Shown piece after piece: positions 35,721 through 54,935 of a stretch of 64,000 nucleotides of DNA. The stretch's first letter is position 1; every line of letters starts with the position of its first letter. This DNA comes from Pristiophorus japonicus (lineage: Eukaryota), in NCBI RefSeq assembly GCF_044704955.1, contig NC_091980.1, forward strand, positions 129,394,001 to 129,458,000. The letters are read 5' to 3'. A program made the translations under genes and the position numbers. The notes under the pieces were generated by a model that saw only the letters and a list, made by a program, of their open reading frames with translations, was not told the DNA's origin and searched no databases.

Positions 35721-37241
35721 CCCTGAATTCAGGCACAAAATAACAAAGGAGAGGGGATTTGGGGGAGGGGTCTGGGGGAGATCAGTCTTGGTGATGTCAC
35801 TGCCTTTGGGTTCCTTGAACCTCTTCAAATCTGAAAGTGTGTCATTGTTTAACGCTCTCACTTGAATGAAATGATAATTTTCTACTTTCGCCGAAGGGGT
35901 TTTTCATAATCTGGCAAAGTTTGTTACTTGCAAGTTTCTGTGGCACTGAGACAATATTCAAACCAACCATTGGCCAGTGGAATGGGAATTCCATCCTGTG
36001 GATGGTGTGAACTGCCCCCAGTTCGAATATAGAGAATGGGCATGTGTCTGAGGATTGGCTACATGGGGGCATCAATGATCTGTCATTTTTATTCTCATGG
36101 AATGATGCCTGGTAAAATTCAGTATAGTGAGTGAGAATGAGAGGGAGTGAACATTACTGAACACATTGTCACCCACATTTCCATTTGATAGAGAGATTCA
36201 AAATCATGAGGTGTCTGGACAGAGTCGATAGTCAGTAACTGTTCCCATTGGTGGAAGGGTCGAGAACCAGAGGACACAGATTTAAAGTGACTGGCAAAAG
36301 AACCAAAGGCGTCATGTTTACGCAGCGAGTGGTTGGGATCTGGAATGCAATGCCCGAGAGGGTGGTGGAGGTAGACTCAATCGTGGCTTTCAAAAGGGAA
36401 TTGGATAAGTACCTGAAGGAAAAATTAATAGCAGGGTTGCGGGGAAAGGATGGAGGAGTGGGACTAGCTGAAGAGCTCTATCAGAGAGCCGGCACGGGTT
36501 TGATGTGCCGAATGGCCACCCTCTGTGCTGTAACCATTCTATCATTCTATGATTTACTCCGGCATGTTTTGGGGCAGGCTTGATGGACCAGCTGATCTTT
36601 TCCTGCCCCTCATTTTGGTGTGTTGGACGCGTCCTTTTACAGTCGCCTTTCAGTGAGGCAAAATAATATTTAAATCTGATTGAAATGATGAGGCTCAGAT
36701 ATGCTCTAACTGTCTGGCTCATCATAGATTCTATCAGCAGAGAAAGAGACCATTCGGCCCATCGTGCCTGTGCAGGCTCTTTGAAAGAGCGATCCAATTA
36801 GCCCCACTCCTCAGCACCTTCCCCATAGCCCTGCAAATTTTGTCAAGTATATATGCAATTCACTCTTCAAAGGTACTGTTGAATCTGATTCCACCGCCCT
36901 TTCAGGCAGTGTGTTCCAGATCACACCGACACGCTGCGTAAAAATAATCATCCTCATCTCTCCCCTCTGGTCATTGGCCTTTCACGTTGGTGTTTCTCAG
37001 AGATCCAAAGCCCTGACGTCGGATTTCAGTGCAGAAGTGGTTCAGTCCTGGATTAGCTGATGAGAGGTGTTCCCTTGGATTAAAACTCTGCTTTAGATTG
37101 GGCAGAGGGTGCGGCAGTGATTCAGATCCAGAGCCACCAATCACAACACAGGCACTGCCCTTTCAGGGGAGATGCCACCAATTAGCATAGTTGACCCACG
37201 TGAATCAAACATGTGTCTGTGTATTTACACCTGTATTGTTC

Positions 37242-37852
37242 ATAGGAGCCGGGAGGTCTTACTGCAGTTGTACAGAGCCTTAGTGAGGCCTCACCTGGAA
37301 TATTGTGTTCTGTTTTGGTCTCCTAATCTGAGGAAGGATGTTCTTGCTGTTGACGGAGTGCAGCGAAGGTTCACCAGACTGATTCCCGCGATAGCAGGAC
37401 TGACATATGAGGAGAGACTGGATCGACTAGGCCTGTATTCACTGGAATTTAGAAGTACGAGAGAGGATCCCATAGAAACATATAAAATTCTGACGGGACT
37501 GGACAGGTTAGATGCAGGAAGAATGTTCCCAATGTTGGGGAAGTCCTAAATCAGGGGACATAGTCGAAGGAAGGAGTAAGCCATTTCGGACTTTAGGACT
37601 GAGATGAGGAGAAATTTTTTCAGAGAGTTGTTAACCTGTGGAATTCCCTACCGCAGAGTGTTGTTGATGCCAGTTCATTGGATATATTCCAGAAGAACTT
37701 AGATATGGCCTTTACAGCTAAAGGGATCAAGGATTATGGAGAGAAAGCAGGAAAGGGGTACTGAGGTGAATGATCAGCCATGATCTTGTTGAATAATGGT
37801 GCAGGCTGGAAGGGCCAAATGACCTACTCCTGCACCTATTTACTATGTTTCT
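37242..37852 (+). mobile_element. CR1 LINE 3' fragment
   Basis: LYRALVRPHLEYCVLFWSP..VQRRFTRLIP..YEERLDRLGLYSLE. Absent at the paralogous sites near 515 and 6493. Confidence 0.82.
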
Positions 37853-38223
37853 AAGCAGTGAATGTCCTGCAGTCACACAGGGCTTCGAGCAAACTGATGG
37901 ACATCACATGGTCACACTCAATGGTGACCCCGATGGGCACCAGATACTGCCATTTGATATATGGTGACTGGAAACTTCTTTGTGATGCAAATACATGGAA
38001 TGACACAACAGCAATTTCATTGCACTCACTACAGCTCTGAACTAATTTTATAAAGTTAACTTGTGTAAATGAAGTTGAGCGTGGATTTCCCAGTCACCCA
38101 ATTGTACTTCCATTGACCCCTTGTATCATGGCTCACTCAATGAGCTCAGTCATTGGGGGTGGAGATCAGTAGTATGTGCAATTTGCCCACAAAGCTGACC
38201 AGAAAGTCGATAGCAGCAACAAT

Positions 38224-39240
38224 GGGCCCAAGTTTCCACATGATTCGCGCCTGATTTTTAGGAGCAACTGGTGGAGAACGGACTATTTTAGAAATCGCAA
38301 TTCTCCACATTTTTTTTTCTGCAGTTCTAGTCAGGTAGAACAGTTCGAGTTTCGAACAGAATTTTTTCTTCAAAAGGGGGCGTGTCTGACCACTGACGCC
38401 TGATTTGAAAGTTTCCAGAGTGAAAATGTACTCCAAACTGAAGTAGAATGGAGCCAGTGAAGATTTTTGTAGAACTGAAAAAACCTGTTCTACACATTAA
38501 AAAATCAGGCGCAGGTTACAAATTAGGCGTCCAGAACGAGGTGGGGGGGGAGGGGAACTCATTAAATTCGACAATAAATCCTTATTTATACTTCTACAAA
38601 TAAATCCAACCTGAATAAACATTTATAAGCCACGAAAAGATTAAATAAACCATCTTCCTACCTGTGTGAAAGTGCTTCAGCCAGGGAGAATTCTGCAGCC
38701 GTTTGTGCCGCTGAGCGGGAGAGGGGGGGGGGGGGGGGAAGAGGAGAGAGATAGCGAGAGCGAGAGCGAGGAGAGGGGGGGGGCGTCGGGTCGGGTCAGT
38801 CCGGTGGGGGGGGGGAAGAGCGGGTGTCGGGTCGATGCTGGGGGGGGAGCGGGTGTCGGGTCGGGTCTGGTCGGCTGGGGGGGGGAAAAAAGAGAGCGAG
38901 TGGCGGGTCTGGTCAGGCGGGGAGCAGGAGCTGGCCATGGGAGGAGCCCCACTGAGGCCATTGGGCCAGGGCTAGGGGCTGCGTGCTTCGGGCCCCTCCC
39001 ACAAAGTTCGGCGCCTGGAGCTACTGCACTTGCGTGCCGACTGTAGCGCGCATGTGCAGAGGTCCCGGCCCTGTTTTCAGCGCCGGGACCTGACTCCGCC
39101 CCCCCACAGCTCGTGCTGACTGTGCCAAGGGCCAGAGGATCTGTAAGTAGGTGCAGACTACCGAGGATTGTTTTAGGCATGAAAATCGGGCGCCCAGCTC
39201 GGAGGGGTGCCTGTTTTTTTTCTTGTGGAAACTTAGGCCC
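38224..39240. mobile_element. Non-autonomous DNA transposon (PIF/Harbinger-like MITE)
   Basis: About 20-bp TIRs gggcccaagtttccacatga / tcttgtggaaacttaggccc and a 3-bp TSD aat (38221-38223, 39241-39243). GC-rich low-complexity core, no transposase. Absent from the paralogous spacers near 1700 and 7470. Confidence 0.8.
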
Positions 39241-40127
39241 AATGTGTTTATATGCTACAGGAGTAACTCAGAAGCAGCATTGGTAGTTTACTTTAACTAA
39301 ATAATACCTAAACTGGGAGGGTTCATTTAGAATGAAATAGTTAAACAAACACTCTTCCTACATTGAACATTACAGCAGTTGACATTTTGTTGTATCGAGG
39401 GGTTAAATTGTTGCTATTGATGCAAAGGGCAGAGAGAATATTCATCACCAGTGGGAGTGGTTACTCGTATTCAGTTGCCTTGGCCCCCTATTGTAGAGTC
39501 CCCTCCCTACATAAGAAATAGGAGCAGGAATTGACTATTTGGCCCCTCAAGCCTGCTGTATTATTCAGTAAGATCACGACTGATGTGATCTTGGCCTCAA
39601 ATCCACTTTCCTGCATGCTCCCCAGAATCATCGACGCCCAAAGAGCTTACCTCTTGGACTATGCTCCTGGGTATCTGTTCCATGCACATGTGGTTCAGGT
39701 CTTTTTACAGGTACGACATGAATGCAAGTTGTTGGATTACAGCATTGCAACAATCATTGAAAGGCACCAAATAATTTACTCTAAATGGATACACAGACTT
39801 GGAATGACATCTTCAACACGAGACCTTGATGATGCAACTCAACAAATCAGATGTACACCCAAAGAAAAGGAGGAACAATAAAGTGGTTACACAGCCCAGT
39901 GTAATTCTGGGCTGACATTAATCTGAAAATAAGCAACCACTCACTCAAATTTACAATGAGACAAAATCCAGTCCAATACTGAACAGTTTTTTTACATTTC
40001 ACATCATACAGCCAGGTCTCACAGCCTGTACAAAGTCACAGGCTGTCATTCTCTACAGGACAGGGTCTCACACACAATTATATAAACACTCGTACTGAAC
40101 ACAATAAGCTTGTTCCTGGCAGTCTGT

Positions 40128-46048
<5,921 letters not shown>

Positions 46049-46060
46049 CCTAATTTGCTT

Positions 46061-46093
46061 TTCCAAAAATCTAAGCCTTGTTAAAGCAAGAAG
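46061..46093 (-). promoter_or_regulatory. IRE-like hairpin with a variant loop in the 5' UTR of B2
   Basis: Gene strand CTTCTTG-C-TTTAA-CAAGGC-TTAGA-TTTTTGGAA: C bulge, 5-bp upper stem with one U-G pair, 6-nt loop with C1 and G5. It lies about 30 nt downstream of TATAAA (46129-46124). Confidence 0.6.
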
Positions 46094-46119
46094 CTGAGAG
46101 TTAGCTAATTTCAAACTCC

Positions 46120-46295
46120 TGTCTTTATACTGCTGGATAATCCAGGGCGGGACAGTCTAGCTGTGAGTGACATTCCTCAATACCCAATCACAAGTTGCAG
46201 CCTCTGTCAGAGCACCAATCAAGTAAAGGGAGGAGGAGACATGACTCCCAGAGCCAGTCATGAACTTTGAAGAATGAGCATCATTGGCTGACTCT
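46120..46295 (-). promoter_or_regulatory. Proximal promoter of B2
   Basis: TATAAAG at 46129-46123, GC box GGGCGG near 46145, two CCAAT boxes about 30 bp apart. Confidence 0.6.
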
Positions 46296-47239
46296 TCTTT
46301 TTGTCAGCAGCAATTGTCAATTTAAAGTTAAGCATGGGCCGCTTTTTAAAGAGGCACAACCAATAAAGACTGCAACTTCACAAAAGATGTTAAAAGAAAC
46401 TTAACAAGTTAAATAAAAATTCTATACCCGGGGTGATGATGCACTCCAGTCCCTCCTCTCACAGAAGGCTGCGAGCGTGTCGATGGACACCACATGCTCC
46501 ATCTCCAGGGACACCCAGGCGCAAATGTAGCCACGGAAGAGAAGCGGGTTGTCGGGCCGAATGACCACCTGGAATGCCCGCTGGCCAGCCCTGTTGACGG
46601 CCTCTTGCCCAGGTTACTTGAATCTTCCGTTGTGTGCGAGTCAGTGTCTTTTTAATAGTTCTGTGTGGTTCAGTGGGTTGGTCATTTTCAGGTATCTGTG
46701 GATGCAACATCCAAAGACAGTGCAGTGATGTTGCAACGCAACCGGCAGCGGGTCAGGTGAATGGACAGTGCGTGTGAGGAATTTGACAAGCTCAAGTGCT
46801 CAGATACTCCATCACTTCCAAGTTTAGTGAGCACCTGTACACACAGGAGCTAGAATGTGGCATGGACCGTGGGATTTTGAGTTCTTGTTATGTTACCATG
46901 ACATTTTACAAGTAATGAAATGGACTGAAGTCCAAAAAGAAAGAATATCTCCTTGCACCTGGACTTAATTGTGGCAGCCTTGGGAACGTTTATCCTCTTA
47001 GAAAGAAGAAATAATTCCATTTATATAGCCCTTTCATGGCCTCAGGATGTCTCAAAGCTCTTTACAACCAATCAAGTTCAGCAGTGTGTTAATGACCAGA
47101 GAATCTGTTTTGGTTGCGGGATAAATATTGTCAAGGGCACTGGAGAGAACTCCCCCTCCGCTTCTTCGAAATAGCATCCTGAGATCTTTTACGTCTACCT
47201 AAGAGAGCAGACAGTCGAGCATCTCATCTGAAAGACGGC

Positions 47240-47437
47240 ACCTTCGACAGTGCAGCAATCCCTAAGTACTGCCCCTCTGACAGTGCAGCAATCCCTCAGC
47301 ACTGCCCCTCTGACAATGCAACGCTCCCTCAGCACTTCCCCTCCAACACTGCGGCACTCCCTTAGTACTGCCCCTCCGACAGTGCGGCGCTCCCTCAGTA
47401 CTGCCCCTCTGAAAGTGCGGCACTCCCTCAGTACTGT
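47240..47437. repeat. 33-bp minisatellite, about 6 units, followed by a short (TG)n
   Basis: Same unit as 13140-13535 at the paralogous site. Confidence 0.9.
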
Positions 47438-47777
47438 GTGAGTGTGTGTGTGTGTGGAGGCAGGGTCATTGAATAAATTTAAGGTGGAGGTAGATAGATT
47501 TTTGAACAATAGGTGAGTCAAGGGTTATGGGGAACAGGCAGGAAAGTGTTGAGACCAAGATCAGACCAGCCATTGTTTTATTGAATGGCGGTGCAGGCTC
47601 GAGGTGCCAAATGACATATGCATGTTATTATGTAAACCTCTCTACCTCCTTTAAGACACTAACATTTACCTGTGGTCCCACTGCCTTATGTGGCTGAACA
47701 AACGTGAACATTTTCAACTGTTGTATTGCAGCATTGCAATGCTAGATTGAAATGCATGAATAGAATTTGCAAGATAT

Positions 47778-47984
47778 TCTCTTATGTATTAATGCGTGGG
47801 GGTCACAAGACACCAGAGGGTGCCACAGTCGGAGATCATCGGGCTGTACACACGTGGCATGTGTGCTTGATCACCTGTATGTAAGCTGGGTGTCTTTGTC
47901 ATGCTGGCACTCTTGGGCTGGAATAAAGATGGATGATGTTGCACCTGAGTGAGTTTACAGTAACCAGATTTTTGAGACATTACA
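47778..47984 (+). mobile_element. Probable solo LTR
   Basis: About 205 bp absent from the paralog near 14350, with caccagaggg, AATAAAG and a ..ttaca end. Confidence 0.55.
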
Positions 47985-48009
47985 TATACATACAATTGAA
48001 ATTAGGTCT

Positions 48010-49875
48010 TCAACATGTCTGAATACCTATCATAGATTGGTATTATGCAATGAGAAGGGATTAATTAATAGTGTTTTTGTGTGGGGTCCTTTAGGGAAGA
48101 ATAATCATAACATGATTGAATTTTTCATGAAGATTGAAAGTGAAGTTGTCCAATCCAAAACTAGGTCCTAAATCTAAACAAAGGAAACTACGAAGGTATG
48201 AGGAATGGTTATGATAGATTGGGAAGAGTCATTAAAAGGCATGATGGTGGATAGTCAATGGCTAACATTTAAGGAACGAATGCATGAATTGCAACAATTA
48301 TACATTCCTTCCTGCTGCAAAAACACAAAAGGAAAAGTGGCCCAACCATGGTTTACAAAAGCAATTAAGAATAGTATTAGATCCGAAGAGGAGTTATACA
48401 AAGTTGCCAGAAAAAGTAACAAGCCTGAGTATGGAGCAGTTTAGAATTCAGCAAAAAACGACCAAGAGATTGTTTAAGAGGGGGAAAATAGTATCTGAGA
48501 CTAAACTTGCAATGATCATAAAAACCGACTGTAAAGGTTTCTCCCAGTATGTAAAAAGAAAAAGATTAGTGAAGACAAATGTAGGTCCTTTTCAGTCACA
48601 AATGGGATAATTTATAATGGGGAACAAGGAAATGGCAGAACAATTAAATACCTCGGTTCTGTCTTCACAGAAGAGGACACAAATAACATCCCAGAAATGC
48701 TAGGAAACTAAGGGTCTAGTGACCAAGAGAAATTAAAGGAAAGGATTATTAGTAAGAAAACAGTGCTGGAGAAACGAATGGGACTGAAAGCTGATAAATC
48801 CCCAGGGCCTGATAATCTGCATCCCAGAGTACTAAAAGTGGTAGCCATGGAAATAGTGGATGCATTGGTTATCATCTTCCTAAATTCTACAGATTATGGA
48901 ACAGTTGCTGCAAATTGGAGGGTGGCACATGTAACCCCACTATTTTAAAAAGGAAGGAAAAAGAAAACAGGTAACTGCAGCCCGGTTCACCTAACATTAG
49001 TAGAATGTGATAAAGGGACTCTTAGAAAATATCAACGGGATTAGACAAAGTCAATATGGATTTACGAAAAGAAAATTGTGTTTGACAAACCGACTGGAGT
49101 TATTTTTTTGAGGATGTAACTGAGATTAGATAAGGGGGAACTAGTGGATGTCGTGTATTTGGATTTTCAGAAGGCCTTTGATAAAGTCCCACAAGAGGTT
49201 AGTGTGCAAAATTAAAGAACATGGGATTGGGGGTAATATATTGCTATGGATTGAAAATTGGTTAATTGATAGAAAACAGTTGGAATAAACAGGTCTTTTC
49301 CTGGGTGGTGGGTGGTGACGAGTGGGATACCACAGGGATCAGTGCTTGGGCCACAGCTAATCACATAAATAGAAACTACACCTGGTGTATTGTGCACAGT
49401 TTTGGGTCTCCGAAAGAGCGCAGCAAAGTTCCACCAGACTGATCCCTTGGATGGAAAGATTGTCATGTGAAGAGAGAATAGCTTGACCAGGCCTGTTCAC
49501 CAGAAGAGTGAAAGGGGATCTTATTAAATCATAAAATTCAGACTGGTTTGGAGAAATTGGATGTGGGGAGGAAGTACCCCTTTGCTGGGAAGTGAATAAA
49601 AAGTGACAGGCTCAGAATACGAGGTAGGAAATTTAGCGCAGAGATGAGAAATGTTTTCACTCAGGATGGGGAAGCTGGGGAACTATTGACTACAGAAGGC
49701 AGTGGAGCCCAATTGCTGAATATATTTAAGAAGATACGATATCTTGATACAAAAGGCATCAGGGGCTATGGGGTACAAGCATGACATGGTGGTGGTAAAG
49801 TATTAGTTATCATATTTAATGGTGGTGCAGTCCTTAAAGAAGGACCAAATGGACAACAACTGCTCTTTATGTTTT
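48010..49875 (+). mobile_element. CR1 LINE ORF2 fragment
   Basis: [32 protein letters not shown] and GIPQGSVLGP motifs. Confidence 0.8.
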
Positions 49876-50436
49876 TGTGAATATAACTCAATATATTGAA
49901 ATTACGCCAGCAAAGAGCAAAATTATAGGACTGTTAACACTGGCAGAAGGGATGAGAACCTCCAGACACAAATTTAAGACAATTGGTAGAAGAACCACAG
50001 CTGACATGAGGATAAACTTTTATGCAGTGAGTGGTTAATATCTAGATTGCACTGCTCGAGAGAGAGTGGTGAAGGCAGTTTCAATCATAGGATTGAACAA
50101 GTACATGAAGGAAAAACATTGCAGGGATACAGGGAAAATGCAAGGGAGTAGGACTAGCTGAAGTGTTCTTGGAGAGCCAGCTGAGTGGTTACAGCACAGG
50201 AGGCCAATGTATGATTGTTGCATAGCCTAGTGCAATACTTATGCTGCAAACAAGTTATGGTAAATGGAAAATAAGCAACTTGCAAGGAGACAAAACCCAG
50301 TCCAATATTGAACAGTTTATTTACAGTTAATTACATTTCACATCAAGAGCCCAGGTCTCAGCCTGTACAAAGCCACCATTCTATGTAGGACAGAGTCTCA
50401 CACACATTGTATAAACATGAGTACTGATCAGAAGCT

Positions 50437-53400
50437 TCAGTCACTCTCCCCCAGAGTGTGCTTGTCAAACAGGTACTCTCCCAAGCCATTCTCAAGGGCT
50501 CCCAGTCTCTTCAGGTTGGTGATGTGATCGCCAAGCTTCTTGATCATCTTCACTTGTTTATCCAAGTAGTTGGTCTTCAGGAAGTCACACAACTGAAGGA
50601 GGAACAGAAAGGAGTTATGGCCAGTAGCAGATATCAAGGAACATTGGAGCTTACTGCTTGAGAGTTTGAATTTTAGTCCTCTTGGACTGAGGATAGTTCA
50701 GTGGTGCAATTGAAATTGATGGAATTACTGCATCATTTCGATGAAAACTTGCTATACAAAAAGGAGCTGGGATCAGACACTTACAATATCTACCCTAAAA
50801 TAGACCCAACACAAAGCTATTGGGCACAGAGATCTTTTTAAATTAAGTCCAAGGACAGCAACTTACCCAAAAGCCCACATTGAAGCATTAGGAACTTACA
50901 TGAGGGTCAGTGCTCCCAGTGGAGAGTTTGTGCAGATCCAACAGACTCTGGTTCACATTCTTCTCCATTTGTAGAGCTCTCTGCATGACCTCCAGACCAT
51001 TGCTCCACTCATCCTGCTCTGGTTTCTGAAGAGAAAAGTCAGATTAAAACAAACAAGTATTTTTTGTCTTTAGATGCTCTGATAATGACTCCACGAGGCA
51101 ATGTATTGTACATTAACTGTATTGACCCTAGTGCGTTTAATGGAACTCCAGTGGTGAGGATCACACCTGGTGGCCTGCCACACCTGTGCAGGTAACCTGC
51201 AAGTCTGACTGCAGTGCCCTGTAGTGGCATATATGCAATACTACAAGCAGTAAAAACAAGTTTGGAAATAGGACCGTATTGAAGGAAATTAAGGATAAAA
51301 AAATGCAATCGGAAGTCTAGGTTACCATGAAACAATGTTTTAAAATATTGAATTACTGCATTAAGTCAACTACTGGTGTCAAATTTATGAGGTGAATAGC
51401 ATAGATGTATTTAAGGGGAAGCTAAATAAGTACATGAGGGAAAAAGGATTAGAACGACATGTTGCTGGATAAAGCAAGGTGGGAGGACAACATCTGGAGC
51501 CTGATCACCAGCATGGACCAGTTTGTCCAAATTGCTGGTTCCTGTGGAATTGGAACCAACTCCTTTACAATGTATTGTGAACAATCAGTTTAAGGGGAAC
51601 CAAACAGAAGGGCCCTCGTTTATGGAGCCAAACCTTGATGTCTGCCAAGATGATTCGGCCTCCACGCCGATTCTGGAATTGCATCAGTTTCTCAGCATGC
51701 TCACGTTCCTCATGTGACTGCTCCTTGAAGAACTCAGCAAAGTGACGCAGGGCAACATCATCCCGGTCAAAGTAGAAGGACTGCGGAGTGATCAGAAGAG
51801 TAGTTGATTATTGCATGGCAGACCCATCATGGGCACTGTACATGAAGCCAAACTCATGTTTCTTGTTTTAAGGGCTCAGTCTCACTGAACTTATGTATAG
51901 TTATGGAAACTAGCACCTACTCAAGTAACCTGGTAAAGATATTGGATAATCTCAGCTCCAGCCATAGGGAAACTTAACATGAGAAATATGAACAGGAGTA
52001 GACCACACAGCTGAGCCTGTTCCACCATTGAAGATTATGGCTGATCTGGTCATGGACTCATCCCCACCCATTCCCACATAACCCTTTAGCGTTTAAGAAA
52101 CTATTACAGTCTTAAATTTATTCAATGTCTCAGCTTTCCACAGCTGAGGCAGCAAATTCCACAGATTGACAACCCTCAAGAAATTTATCAGTTCTAAATG
52201 GGCAGCCCCTTATTCTAAGATCATGCCTCTAGTTGTTGTCTCCCCCATCAGTGGAAACATCTTCTGTATCCACCCAGCCATGCCCCCTCAATCTTATACA
52301 TTTCAATAAAATCACCTCATTCTTCTGAATTCCAATGAGTAGATGCAGCCCCCCCACCCCCCTCCACTCCTGCTGTACTGTGGCACTTAGCAATCTTGCT
52401 CCATTTAAATAAACATTTGCTCTTTGATTTTTTTTTTTTGCGCTAAAGTGCATGACCTCACTTTCCAATAGTCACATTTTTGCCCACTCACTTAGCCTGC
52501 CTATGTCCTTTTGCAGAAGTGTGTTCTCCTCACACATTACAGATACAAAGTTGGGAGGAATAGCAAACTAGGCTACGTTACCGAATTGGAAGGAGGGACA
52601 GAGTGTAATATATAGATTGTAAACAGTTGGGGTCCCAGCACTGATCCCTGCAGCACTCTACTGGATACTGGTTGCCAACCAGAGAATGAACCATTTATCC
52701 TGACTCTGTTCTTTAGCCAATCCTCTATCCATGCTAATATATTACCCCAAAGCCTATGAACTTTCATCTTGTGCAGTAATCTTTTGTGGCAACTTGTCAA
52801 ATGCCTTCTGGAAGTCCAAATACACCACAGCCACTGGTTCACCTTTAACCACCCTGTTTGTTACATCCTCAAAGAATTCCAGCAAATTTGTCAAACACTA
52901 CTTCCCTTCATAAATACATGCACACACTGCCTGATCAAATTTTGCTTTTCCAAATGTCCTGCTATGTTAATAATGGAAACCAACATTTTCCCCGTCACAG
53001 ATTAGACTAACTGGTCTATAGTTTCATCCTTTTTATAAAAAAATAGGGGCATTACATTTGCAGCTTTCCAAACTGCTGGGAGCTCCCCAGAATCCAGGGA
53101 ATTTTAGTAAATTACAACCAATGCATCCACAATCCCTGCCGCTACTTCTCAAGACCCGAGGATGCAAGGCATCAGGACCATTTATCTGCCTTTAGCCCAA
53201 TTATCTTACTGAGTACGACCTCCTTCGGTGATTGTTACTGCATTAAGTCCCTCCCCCCTATAGCCCCTTGACTATCCATCATTGGAATGTTGTTACTCTC
53301 CTCTACTGTAAAGACAGATACAAGATATTTGTACAGATTTTCTGCCATCTCTATGTTGCCTATTACTAATTTCCCAGTCTCATCCTCTTGTGATTTAGAA

Positions 53401-54689
53401 AAATCTGCAGACTATGGAAATATGGAGTTGTATCACTCCACCCAACATTCAGCAAGGCACAATGGACTGAATGGCCTCCTGTAGTGCATCACTCCATGAT
53501 CACCAATTCAGCTTTGGTTGAACAGGCTTAAAACTGGAACATGAATCTTGGCACCCAATATTCATTGCAGCTCTGGAAATTAGTGAAGGAATTGCCACAA
53601 GATTTATACCCTGGTCACCAGTAGCATGTTCCAATAATAGTTTATTAACCCAAATACATTTTGTACAGGCTAGTTGAGGGGGTAGTATTAGAAGTCAAAG
53701 CAACTTCCAAAACTAGAGATCTAGTCACAGTGCAGAATTCATATGTATGAAAAAAAAAGTGAAGAACTAGCTGAATTTTACTGGCTACAATCATGCCAAG
53801 GAACTAAAACTACCACAAGCAGCATTAATTTGGCACACAGTCTATACCAAATCAAAGCATTGTAGAGGAGAACCAGAGACCACAGAATAAAAGTTTAGAG
53901 AACCCCTCAAAATTTGAGGTGCTTGGTGAAGGTCACAGGGGTTAAGGGAGTCCACTGAGTACAGACAATTGATGATTAACTTTCTTTGCTGTATTGATGC
54001 TAAAAGCTAGGGGAAAGACAGAATGATACAAACTGGTATTTAAAATTAAGAGGTTAGAAACACTTGGAACAGGAGGGAAGCAGAAACATTTGTAACACTT
54101 TCTTCCCATCCTCCCCCTGTGGAGGTGAGGGATGGCTGGGAAAGAAAGTGTTTCAGATTTCCATCTGGGAAAGAATACTTCCTGACATCCCTCCAAAAAA
54201 ATACAGCGAGGCCATTTATGACATCACCCATTGAACCAGCAAGGTAAGGAAAGTCCATGGAGTGATTTAGAATGAGGATACAAATTCTGAATTCCTTGCA
54301 TTGTGTGCAGAATATATTCCAAATAAACTTCATCAAGCTCAAGATCCCAGGAAAAAGAAAGATAATCAGATAATACATTTGCTGCAAGGAACAGAGAGAA
54401 TGTTAATAAATTCAAATTAAGATAAATTGTATCATATTATAGCTTTAAAAGTGAATTCAATGCATAGATTCAGTGGGGTGGGGGTGGGGCAGAAAGAGAG
54501 AAATAGGTGGGCTGAGTACAGCACAGGATTTCATAAATTTACATTACAAAGTCTCCATTGTGAAGTGGCAAAAAACACAAAACTCACCATAGAGATATAA
54601 ACATAGGAGGAATAGAGCTCCATGTTGATCTGCTTGTTGACAGCATGCTCACAGTCCTGGTGGTAATTCTGACACACTTGGGAAGCCAT
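50437..54689 (-). CDS. Ferritin heavy/middle-subunit-like protein, copy C2, intact ORF with altered channel residues
   Basis: Exons 54689-54588, 51780-51634, 51025-50900, 50592-50437, GT-AG, open frame. Exon 4 reads [23 protein letters not shown] at 54772-54765 and AATAAA at 50321-50316. Confidence 0.88.
51975..53390 (-). mobile_element. CR1 LINE fragments in intron 1 of C2
   Basis: [26 protein letters not shown]; paralog of 17600-19015. Confidence 0.78.
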
Positions 54690-54759
54690 CTTAATATTTT
54701 ATTTTTCCAAAGTAAAAACTTTGTAGAAGTACAAAGGTAACATTTCACCAAACTCAAAC

Positions 54760-54935
54760 TCCTTTATTTATACTGAGGGATAATCCAGGGTGTGGCACTC
54801 TTGATGATGAGTGACAGTCATCAATACCCAATCAGAAGTTGCATCTTCTCAGAGCACCAATCAAGTAAAGGGAGGAGGGAGATGGACTCCCAGAGTCAGT
54901 CAGATCTTTGAAGAATGAACATCATTGGCTGATTT
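54760..54935 (-). promoter_or_regulatory. Proximal promoter of C2
   Basis: TATAAATA at 54772-54765, CCACACCC at 54795-54788, paired CCAAT boxes. Confidence 0.6.

Noticed and set aside
38594-39242. Pro/Gly-rich ORFs
   Set aside because: Low-complexity interior of the MITE with no transposase motifs.
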